In this document: positions 56,535 through 64,000 of the stretch, piece by piece
Position numbering within the stretch: the stretch's first letter is position 1
Layout of the letters: every line of letters begins with the position of its first letter
DNA from: an uncultured Bacillales bacterium
GTDB taxonomy: Bacteria; Bacillota; Bacilli; Tepidibacillales; Tepidibacillaceae
Direction of reading: 5' to 3'
NCBI GenBank assembly: GCA_964568525.1
Contig: CAZMPM010000001.1
Coordinates: 21,307-85,306 of the forward strand
Length of the DNA stretch: 64,000 nucleotides
Program-made: the position numbers and the translations under genes
The notes under the pieces: model-generated
What the model saw: only the letters and a program-made list of their open reading frames with translations
What the model was told of the DNA's origin: nothing
The model's database searches: none

Positions 56535-57684
56535 CGCATTAGAACAGCGAATTATTGAGGAAATCAAGGGTGCCCCTGAACAAAGGGTCACCTTTTATAA
56601 GTTTATGCAACTTGCTCTATATGCTGAAAATGATGGCTATTACACAAAAGAGCAAAAAAAGATTGGGAAAGCTGAGGATTATTACACTAGCAGCAGCGTG
56701 AATCCTGTTTTTGCGAAAACAATGTTTAAGGGTTTTTTAGAACTGTATAAGAGTATTCCCGATTATGAAAAATATGCATTGTTGGAGATTGGCGGTGGCA
56801 ATGGACAGTTTGCCTATGATTTGTTAGAGGAACTGAAAAGCAAATATCCGGATATTTATTCTGACTTTCGCTATTATCTGTTAGAGTTAAGCGATTATAA
56901 CGAGCGACTACAAAAAATGAAATTAGACGAACACTTAGATAAGCTTGTTTTTATCAAAAGCCTAGCAGAATTACCTCCAGCTTTTCGCGGTATAATTTTT
57001 GGAAATGAATTGATTGATGCTTTTCCTGTGCATCGAGTCGTCAAGCTTAAGGGAAACATACAGGAAATTTATGTTGGTTGGAATGAGAACAAACAGGAGT
57101 TTGTCGAAGAGATTGCCCCAATCAGTGATAGTAGAATTATTAATTATTTTAAGGATGTTAAAATTGAGCTTCGAGAAGGACAACGTGCGGAAGTAAATTT
57201 AGATGTTATAAGTTGGCTAGAGGAGGTTTCGAAGAAGCTTGTAGCGGGTTATTTAATGCTCGTTGATTATGGCCATTTAGCTGATATACTCTACGATAGC
57301 AATCGGCACGCTGGAAGTTTGATTTGTTATTATAAACATCAAGCAAATGATAATCCGTATCAATTGGTTGGCGAACAGGATATAACAACACATGTCAATT
57401 TTTCAACATTAATTAATGAGGCGCAGAAGCAAGGTTTTCAGTCGGTTTATTATAATTTCCAAAGTAATTTTCTTTTAAATAATCAAATTCTGGAATATTT
57501 CACAGAGCAAGACCTAGTTGGTCCAACAAAAACCGATACAATTGACAAAAATGCAATAAAAACTAATCGCGCAATTAGACAGTTGATTGCGCCCGATGAA
57601 ATGGGTGAAACTTTCAAAGTAATCATCTTCCAAAAAAATGTGCCTGAGCAAAGTTTTAATTTTCAAAAAAACTTCTGGGAGTAA
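56518..57684 (+). CDS. class I SAM-dependent methyltransferase (DUF185/NDUFAF7-like)
   Basis: ITFYKFMQLALY...GYYT, LLEIGGGNGQFAYD and GNELIDAFPVH. TTG start overlaps the capA end. Confidence 0.7.
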   Translation: MNKQLNALEQRIIEEIKGAPEQRVTFYKFMQLALYAENDGYYTKEQKKIGKAEDYYTSSSVNPVFAKTMFKGFLELYKSIPDYEKYALLEIGGGNGQFAYDLLEELKSKYPDIYSDFRYYLLELSDYNERLQKMKLDEHLDKLVFIKSLAELPPAFRGIIFGNELIDAFPVHRVVKLKGNIQEIYVGWNENKQEFVEEIAPISDSRIINYFKDVKIELREGQRAEVNLDVISWLEEVSKKLVAGYLMLVDYGHLADILYDSNRHAGSLICYYKHQANDNPYQLVGEQDITTHVNFSTLINEAQKQGFQSVYYNFQSNFLLNNQILEYFTEQDLVGPTKTDTIDKNAIKTNRAIRQLIAPDEMGETFKVIIFQKNVPEQSFNFQKNFWE

Positions 57685-57699
57685 CCAGAAGTTTTAATT

Positions 57700-58410
57700 T
57701 TACTCGATTGGCAATAATACGATAAAGAATTGACAACAACCTTCACTAGTTTTGTCCACATCGCGTAGCAGTTCAATCTCACTAAAGAATGTTTCGAACA
57801 TACCTCTAAAAATGTTGTTGTGCATTTCGCAGATCATTGCATTTTTTTCTTGGTCATTGCAGCGAATAAACAAACAACTATTCAAAGAAAAAGCGACTGA
57901 GTTCTCATCGCGTAATTCAATTTTCGGACTGATGCCGTCTGCTTCAAGAATCTGGGTAATACTCTTGATCTTCTGCTCTGCAGATAATTCATCAACGAAA
58001 CTAATTCCATCACTTGTTAATTTGCGTAAAGCTGCCTCTCTGCCATAAATCCGAGCCATATTATAAAAGACTTCTCTTCCTTCTTTACCAAAAGTATGTA
58101 GTGCATCTAACGCAATCATTCCGAACGTCCGATAATTTTTGACTGGAAATTGTAGCGTTACCTCTTCAGTTGAAGGTGAATAAATTCGACTAGGTCGTCC
58201 GTTTCGGCCGCTTTGGACAGAGCAGGAATTTAGTAATTTAACTTCTTCTAATTTATTTAAGTGCAAACGTGCTACATTAGGGTGTATTGAAAACTCCTCT
58301 GCTATCTCGGCTACATTGACTGATTGATTTTGTTTAGTAATGTAACGATAAATAGAAAAACGCGTGGAATCAGCTAATACCCCTGCAACTTTTAATGTAT
58401 TACCATCCAT
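57700..58410 (-). CDS. ArsR-like winged-helix transcriptional regulator with Cys-rich C-terminal domain
   Basis: N-terminal LADSTRFSIYRYI...VAEIAEEFSIHPNVARLHLNKLEEVKLL (a wHTH). The C-terminal half contains CLFIRC...ICEMH...GCCQF. Confidence 0.65.
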   Translation of the reverse strand: MDGNTLKVAGVLADSTRFSIYRYITKQNQSVNVAEIAEEFSIHPNVARLHLNKLEEVKLLNSCSVQSGRNGRPSRIYSPSTEEVTLQFPVKNYRTFGMIALDALHTFGKEGREVFYNMARIYGREAALRKLTSDGISFVDELSAEQKIKSITQILEADGISPKIELRDENSVAFSLNSCLFIRCNDQEKNAMICEMHNNIFRGMFETFFSEIELLRDVDKTSEGCCQFFIVLLPIE

Positions 58411-58435
58411 ATCAACAATTCTCCTTTAATTATAT

Positions 58436-58469
58436 CCTTGTTAATGGTATTAACCTAATTATAACAAGG
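58436..58469. promoter_or_regulatory. inverted repeat (candidate operator) in the divergent regulator/spx-like intergenic region
   Basis: CCTTGTTA-N18-TAACAAGG. On the minus strand it overlaps a TTGCTT-N16-TATAAT promoter for the regulator gene. Confidence 0.35.
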
Positions 58470-58498
58470 TTTTTCAAAAAAGCAATGGATAAACACTA

Positions 58499-58526
58499 TT
58501 GACATAGTGTAAAATGGGTATATAAT
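58499..58526 (+). promoter_or_regulatory. sigma-A type promoter for the Spx-family gene
   Basis: TTGACA (58499-58504), a 16-nt spacer, then TATAAT (58521-58526). Confidence 0.55.
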
Positions 58527-58633
58527 TAAATTGTAAGATTTAGTGAAATCCTGCAACATTTTATTATAGAACTCGTATTAATAAGTAGTAGTGCATTTCG
58601 CTATTACGCTTTAAGCGTAAAGGAGGGATTCCG

Positions 58634-58993
58634 ATGGATCATAAGGTTGTATTTTACACTTATCCTAGCTGCACCTCATGTAGAAAGGCGAAAGCGTGGT
58701 TAGCAGAGCAAGGTGTTCCATATGAAGAAAGACACCTATACAAAAATCCGCCAACTCCTGAGGAGCTAAAAAACATTATTACAATGACTAATAGTGGTAC
58801 AGATGAGATTTTATCGACTAGAAGCCATTATTTTAAAAGTCTAGATATGGACTTAGATGAGATGAAGTTTAGTGACTTTGTTGACTTTCTTGCTAAAGAA
58901 CCTAAACTTTTGAAAAGACCTATCTTGACTGATGGTGATAATTTAGTTGTCGGCTATGATAAGGACGCATTAGAAGAATATTTCGCTTCATAA
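58634..58993 (+). CDS. Spx/MgsR (ArsC-fold) family redox regulator, short form
   Basis: FYTYPSCTSCRKAKAWL (a CxxC motif) and LLKRPIL. At 119 aa it lacks the C-terminal tail of canonical Spx. Confidence 0.8.
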   Translation: MDHKVVFYTYPSCTSCRKAKAWLAEQGVPYEERHLYKNPPTPEELKNIITMTNSGTDEILSTRSHYFKSLDMDLDEMKFSDFVDFLAKEPKLLKRPILTDGDNLVVGYDKDALEEYFAS

Positions 58994-59014
58994 TTTGAAG
59001 AATTGAAATGATCT

Positions 59015-59045
59015 AAACCACACCTGCGGGTGTGGTTTTTTTATT
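59015..59045 (+). terminator. rho-independent terminator
   Basis: CCACACC-TGCG-GGTGTGG followed by TTTTTTTAT. Confidence 0.8.
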
Positions 59046-59133
59046 TTTATACTAATCTTGCACAGCTCAAAACTGAATAATACGCTCAAAACACTAAAAA
59101 ACTGATAATTAGCAGTTTTTTTTTAATATTTCG

Positions 59134-59162
59134 TTGTCAAAAAGGGAGGATTGTGGTATTAT
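59134..59162 (+). promoter_or_regulatory. dcw cluster promoter (Pmra) with extended -10
   Basis: TTGTCA, a 17-nt spacer, then TGgTATTAT. GTGG repeats at 59153, 59166 and 59173 overlap and follow it. Confidence 0.55.
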
Positions 59163-59204
59163 ATGGTGGAAAGTGGAGATAGTATTGATTGGGAGTGTTC
59201 CACA

Positions 59205-59630
59205 ATGTTCTTGGGAGAATACCAACATAATATTGACGATAAAGGACGGATTATAATACCGGCTAGATTCCGCGATGAACTGGGCGACATATTTATAATT
59301 ACGCGTGGTCTTGATAAGGCTCTTTTTGTATATCCGATGAGCGAGTGGGAAGTTCTGGAGAAGAAGCTATCAAGCCTACCTTTTACGAAGGCTGTAACAC
59401 GGCAATTTAATCGACTATTTTTCTCTGGTGCAATTGAATCTATTATCGATAAACAGGGAAGAGCAATCATTCCAAGTAATTTAAGAGATTATGCACTGTT
59501 AACTAAAGAATGCGTTGTAATTGGCGTCTCAACAAGGATTGAAATATGGAGCAAGGATTACTGGGATAAATACGCTAGAGATGCCGAAGAAGATTTCAAT
59601 GAAATTGCCGAGACACTAATTGATTTTTAA
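59205..59630 (+). CDS. mraZ: transcriptional regulator MraZ
   Basis: [23 protein letters not shown], with the second SpoVT-AbrB half containing [24 protein letters not shown] precedes the ATG at 59205. Confidence 0.92.
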   Translation: MFLGEYQHNIDDKGRIIIPARFRDELGDIFIITRGLDKALFVYPMSEWEVLEKKLSSLPFTKAVTRQFNRLFFSGAIESIIDKQGRAIIPSNLRDYALLTKECVVIGVSTRIEIWSKDYWDKYARDAEEDFNEIAETLIDF

Positions 59631-59657
59631 CTATAATGGTCGGCTGACGGAGGGCAC

Positions 59658-60596
59658 ATGTTCAAACATAAAACAGTTTTATTGGATGAGGCTATTGAAG
59701 CCCTGAAGATCAAATCAACTGGTATCTATGTTGACTGCACGCTCGGCGGTGCTGGACATTCGGCATTAATTCTTGAGAAGTTAGGTCCTACAGGCAAATT
59801 AATTGCGATTGACCAAGATATAGAGGCAATAAACAATGCTAAAAGAAAGCTTGCGGCGTACGGGGATCAAGTAATTTTTGTGAAAAATAATTTTAGATAC
59901 ATTAAAGAAAGTGTTGCTCAGTTTGGAGTTGAAAAGGTTGACGGGATTATCTATGACTTAGGTGTCTCTTCGCCGCAGTTTGACGACAGTGAGCGTGGTT
60001 TTAGCTACAAACAGGCTGCAAAATTGGATATGCGGATGGATAACGAGGCATCATTAACTGCATATGAAATTATCAATAATTGGGAAGCTGATGAGCTGAT
60101 TCGAATTATTTATGAATATGGTGAAGAACGTTACGCCAAACGAATTGTACAAGCAATTATTCGCGAACGACAAAATAAACCGATTGAGACAACGACGGAG
60201 TTTGCAGAGTTGGTGAAAAATAGTATTCCTGCAGCAACAAGAAGAGTAGGTGGGCATCCTGCACGTCAGACATTTCAAGCGGTCCGAATCGCGGTAAATG
60301 ATGAGTTGAATAGCCTGAAAGATTCGTTAGAAGATGCTATTAGCTTACTCAATCTTGGCGGGAGAATTAGTGTTATTACATTTCACTCATTAGAAGATAG
60401 GATTTGCAAAGATATTTTCAAGGAATATGCTACAGGGTGCATCTGTCCTCCTGACTTACCTGTTTGTGGTTGTGGCAGAAAGCCAACACTTAATCTCATA
60501 ACTAAAAAACCGATCATACCTGGGGAATTGGAAGTTAATGAAAATCCCAGAGCAAGATCGGCAAAGTTGAGGATAGTGGAACGGATTACCGGATAG
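59658..60596 (+). CDS. rsmH: 16S rRNA (cytosine1402-N4)-methyltransferase
   Basis: HKTVLLDEA, DCTLGGAGHS, DLGVSSPQFD, HSLEDR and NPRARSAKLR. Confidence 0.95.
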   Translation: MFKHKTVLLDEAIEALKIKSTGIYVDCTLGGAGHSALILEKLGPTGKLIAIDQDIEAINNAKRKLAAYGDQVIFVKNNFRYIKESVAQFGVEKVDGIIYDLGVSSPQFDDSERGFSYKQAAKLDMRMDNEASLTAYEIINNWEADELIRIIYEYGEERYAKRIVQAIIRERQNKPIETTTEFAELVKNSIPAATRRVGGHPARQTFQAVRIAVNDELNSLKDSLEDAISLLNLGGRISVITFHSLEDRICKDIFKEYATGCICPPDLPVCGCGRKPTLNLITKKPIIPGELEVNENPRARSAKLRIVERITG

Positions 60597-60614
60597 TCAA
60601 TTACTAAAACGAAA

Positions 60615-61013
60615 GTGGCGAGCAAAATGATTAACTACAATAGTACAATGGCATTACGAAATCAGAGTAGCAGTTACCAAACTTCAGGTTTACCAGTACA
60701 AAGGAAACAACGAGCAGCCGCGGGTGCGCACGCTGTCTCTAATAGTACGCGTGAAAATGTGCTTTACTTCGTGGTAATATTAATATTTATAGCACTTTCT
60801 GTAACAGTACTGACAGGATACGCTGTCATAACTGAGAACAACTATCAACTTCAGCAACTAACTAAAAGCATTGAGCTTGCCGCACAAGAAAATACATATT
60901 TAAGAGTAGAAATTAGCAAACTACGTTCACCCGAAAGAATTATGGGAATAGCGCAAGAGGAGTTGGGCATGACGTTGAATAATGACCGGATAATTGTGCT
61001 TTCTAATTATTGA
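60615..61013 (+). CDS. ftsL: cell division protein FtsL
   Basis: A single TM helix followed by a coiled-coil (YQLQQLTKSIELAAQENTYLRVEISKL). It sits between rsmH and the PBP gene. Confidence 0.8.
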   Translation: MASKMINYNSTMALRNQSSSYQTSGLPVQRKQRAAAGAHAVSNSTRENVLYFVVILIFIALSVTVLTGYAVITENNYQLQQLTKSIELAAQENTYLRVEISKLRSPERIMGIAQEELGMTLNNDRIIVLSNY

Positions 61014-61062
61014 TTTATTAAAGCGGAATAGAGATAATAGAGATTATTAAGAGGTGGTAGTA

Positions 61063-63195
61063 ATGGATAGCGCTAAGCGAATAAGACGACGTTCATTATT
61101 AATAGGGATAATAATTTCTATTATCTTTTTTTTATTATTAATCAATGCATTTTTAATTCAGACAATTAATGCAGATCGCTATCGTGAACAAGCTGCAAGC
61201 AACTGGAATAATAGTTATGTGTTAGAACCGGAACGTGGAACGATATATGACCGTAATGGTGTACCACTCGCAGACAACACGCCAACTTATACTGTGATTG
61301 CAATATTAGCAAAAAACAATCCTGCAAGGATTTCCGACCCCGTAGCTGCCGCCGAGCAGCTTTCGCCAATCATCAATATGACTGAGAGCTCAATTATTTC
61401 GCTTTTAACAAAAGATTCCTATCAAGTAGAACTTCGGCCTGGCGGATGGAAGATTTCCAAAGAGCAAGCAGACCAAATTAAGGAATTGAAGATACCTGGG
61501 ATTGTACTTCGTGAAGAGGGCAAACGCTACTATCCTTATAATTCTTATGCTTCTCACACAATCGGTTTTGTTAATTATGATAATGAGGCGGTAATGGGTC
61601 TGGAAAATTATTACGACAGTTATCTACGAGGTGTTGCTGGACACTTAAATGTGCAGGAAGATCTTAAGGGTTACCGTCTGCCGGATGGTGAAATTCTCTA
61701 CGAACCAGCTGTGAATGGTAACAACCTTACTTCAACGATTGATAATACAATTCAGCAGTATGTTGAACAGGCTTTAGATAATGCTCAAAAATTATATAGC
61801 CCCAAAAATATGATTGCGATTGTGGCAGATCCTAACACTGGTGAGATTTTGGGGCAAGCATCACGACCAAACTTTAACTTAAATGAATACTGGACAATTA
61901 CTGACTATAAAGATTCAACAATCAATTATAATTTTGAACCGGGCTCTACCTTCAAAATTATTACACTCGCTGCAGCGATTGAAGAAGGGGTGTTCAATGC
62001 TAATGATACCTATAAATCGGGCAAAATCGAAGTGCCGGGCGGGGTAATAAAAGATCCAAACAACGGTCAAGGTTGGGGCGACATAACTTATCTTGAAGGT
62101 ACATACCGCTCAAGTAACGTTGCTTTTGTTAAGTTGGGATATGAGATGCTTGGGACAGAGCGTCTATTTTCATATATTGAGAAGTTTGGCTTTGGACAGA
62201 AAACGGGGATCGATTTAAAAAATGAATCAGCAGGAATGGTCAAAGGTGAGAGTCAAAGATACCCATTGGATGTGGCGACTACAACTTTTGGTCAAGGGAT
62301 TGGGGTAACACCAATGCAAATGGTTAAAGCAACCTCAATAGTGGCAAATGGAGGAATCTCGGTAACTCCCCATCTAATCAAAGAGATTACCGATGCAAAT
62401 TCGGGGGAGATCATTAAGACTTATAAATACGATTCGCAAGAACGCGTAATATCAGAAAAGACGGCAAGAGAAGTAAGTTCAATTCTCGAGGGAGCAGTTA
62501 ATTTTGGCCGACAAGCAGGACGAATCGAGGGCTATAATGTGGCAGGTAAAACTGGTACAGCACAAAAGGTTGGTACGGATGGCAAGTATTTAGATGGAGC
62601 TTATATTGCCTCCTTTATTGGTTATGCGCCCTCATACGATCCGGAATTATTAGTTTACGTGATTGTTGATGAACCGCAAGTTGATTCGGTTTATTATGGA
62701 AGTACGATAGCTGCGCCAATCTTCACCGAGATAATGCAGAACAGCCTGCGCTATTTAAAGGTTCCGATAAACAAGGGGAGTGGTAACTTGGAAATTAAGG
62801 ACGAGCGAGGAACGACACTTAGAGACTACAATGAAAAGCCGGTTACTAGTAGCTCAACTGAACTTGTGGCTGCTGGATTAGCACCGATAGTGATTGGCGA
62901 TGGTGAAAAGGTAATCAAACAATATCCGCTAACTGGTTCTAATATTACAAAGGGTTCTAATGTTTATTTGATTACAGTGCCGGAGAATCAATATGTCATT
63001 ACAGATTTAACTGGAATGTCATTGCGCGAAGCGTTAGAATATTGTATGGTGCTGAATATTGATTATAAATTCCAAGGTTCAGGCTATGTAGTAAGCCAGA
63101 GTATACCATATGGCAGTGTCTATGATGGAGCAAAACTAGTACTATTTTTAGAGAATATGAAAAAAGATTTAGATGAAAACGATATTAAAAAATAA
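61063..63195 (+). CDS. pbpB: class B penicillin-binding protein (PBP2B-type) with two C-terminal PASTA domains
   Basis: A TM anchor, transpeptidase motifs STFK, SSN and KTGT, and two PASTA-like repeats at the C-terminus. A GAGGTGG RBS precedes the ATG at 61063. Confidence 0.9.
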   Translation: MDSAKRIRRRSLLIGIIISIIFFLLLINAFLIQTINADRYREQAASNWNNSYVLEPERGTIYDRNGVPLADNTPTYTVIAILAKNNPARISDPVAAAEQLSPIINMTESSIISLLTKDSYQVELRPGGWKISKEQADQIKELKIPGIVLREEGKRYYPYNSYASHTIGFVNYDNEAVMGLENYYDSYLRGVAGHLNVQEDLKGYRLPDGEILYEPAVNGNNLTSTIDNTIQQYVEQALDNAQKLYSPKNMIAIVADPNTGEILGQASRPNFNLNEYWTITDYKDSTINYNFEPGSTFKIITLAAAIEEGVFNANDTYKSGKIEVPGGVIKDPNNGQGWGDITYLEGTYRSSNVAFVKLGYEMLGTERLFSYIEKFGFGQKTGIDLKNESAGMVKGESQRYPLDVATTTFGQGIGVTPMQMVKATSIVANGGISVTPHLIKEITDANSGEIIKTYKYDSQERVISEKTAREVSSILEGAVNFGRQAGRIEGYNVAGKTGTAQKVGTDGKYLDGAYIASFIGYAPSYDPELLVYVIVDEPQVDSVYYGSTIAAPIFTEIMQNSLRYLKVPINKGSGNLEIKDERGTTLRDYNEKPVTSSSTELVAAGLAPIVIGDGEKVIKQYPLTGSNITKGSNVYLITVPENQYVITDLTGMSLREALEYCMVLNIDYKFQGSGYVVSQSIPYGSVYDGAKLVLFLENMKKDLDENDIKK

Positions 63196-63238
63196 TCCGC
63201 ATTAAAATAGCATTATAATAACAGTAGAGGTGAAAATA

Positions 63239-64000
63239 ATGAGGTTAACTGATTTGTTAGCGGCTTTAAATATTTACGAAGTACGTGGAGAGATTGATGT
63301 AGAGATAAAGAATATTCGCGTTGATTCTCGCGAGACAAAAATGGGAGATCTATTTGTTTGTTTGCCTGGTTTTGTAGTCGATGGGCATGATTATGCAATT
63401 AAAGCTGTTGGAAACGGAGCAACTGCTATTTTGTGTGAGAGGGAACTAGCGATTGATGTTCCGCAGATTATTGTGCCTAATACTAGAAGGGCTTTAGCGA
63501 TAATTGCTGCTAAATATTATGATTATCCATCTGAGAAAATGCGTTTAATTGGCGTGACTGGAACCAATGGTAAGACAACTACTACTTATTTAATCGATCA
63601 AATACTTAATGATAATAAAAATGTAACCGGCTTAATTGGTACAATTCAGATGATTATTGCGGGGGAAAAGGAACAACTTAAAAATACTACGCCTGATATT
63701 CTACAGATGAATGAGAGTCTTGCACGGATGGTTGATGCTGGTGTGGAATATGTAACGATGGAGGTTTCATCGCATGCGCTCGAACTTGGTCGTGTTCGTG
63801 GTATTGACTATGGTGTAGCTGTCTTTACCAATTTTACTCAGGACCATCTTGATTTTCATGGTTCGATGGAGAAATATATGGAAGCAAAAACCCTACTTTT
63901 TGCGCAACTGGGCAATAGCTACTTAAGAGATCATAAATTTGCGGTTGTCAATGCGGATGACCCAGTAAGTGAACACCTACTTAAAAGCACTTCTGCTGAA
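63239..64000 (+). CDS. murE: UDP-N-acetylmuramoyl-L-alanyl-D-glutamate--2,6-diaminopimelate ligase, 5' part (runs off the window end)
   Basis: Hand translation gives MRLTDLLAALNIYEVRGE...DSRETKMGDLFVCLPG...GVTGTNGKTTTTYL. An AGAGGTGA RBS lies upstream. Not in the ORF track because there is no stop in the window. Confidence 0.88.
   Translation, partial: MRLTDLLAALNIYEVRGEIDVEIKNIRVDSRETKMGDLFVCLPGFVVDGHDYAIKAVGNGATAILCERELAIDVPQIIVPNTRRALAIIAAKYYDYPSEKMRLIGVTGTNGKTTTTYLIDQILNDNKNVTGLIGTIQMIIAGEKEQLKNTTPDILQMNESLARMVDAGVEYVTMEVSSHALELGRVRGIDYGVAVFTNFTQDHLDFHGSMEKYMEAKTLLFAQLGNSYLRDHKFAVVNADDPVSEHLLKSTSAE

Overview
This is a 64-kb chromosomal segment from a low-GC Bacillota (Firmicutes) genome. 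I call about 60 protein genes and 5 tRNAs. I saw no rRNA, CRISPR array, transposase or prophage signal. Most of the window is housekeeping and follows Bacillus subtilis gene order: rarA, cysteine desulfurase, alaS, ireB/yrzL, ruvX, yrzB, mltG, trmR(yrrM) and yrrN/yrrO at 3.0-13.2 kb; acuABC at 39.5-42.0 kb; a LexA-boxed dinB-yolD pair; speA; nfo; and the start of the dcw cluster (mraZ-rsmH-ftsL-pbpB-murE) at 59.2-64.0 kb. The most interesting locus is at 42.0-46.3 kb. A candidate preQ1-I riboswitch with an intrinsic terminator precedes a tightly packed six-gene operon. That operon opens with a single 2-hydroxyacyl-CoA-dehydratase-like Fe-S protein and its ATP-dependent activase, followed by queD-queE-folE-queC, and it has no queF. 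Other parts worth a second look: (1) two tandem copies of a promoter-leader-CDS-terminator cassette encoding a 298-aa polytopic membrane protein of unknown family, with an unusually conserved upstream block and a leader hairpin (17.4-19.9 kb); (2) three tandem small lipoprotein paralogues sharing a C-terminal motif (13.2-14.5 kb); (3) a divergent AddAB-like pair with Cys-cluster nuclease domains in both subunits, preceded by a 330-bp AT-rich gap and two translationally coupled mini-ORFs, one missing from the ORF track; (4) an ArsR-like, Cys-rich regulator divergent from a short Spx paralogue. All functional calls come from motifs read by eye. No database search was run.
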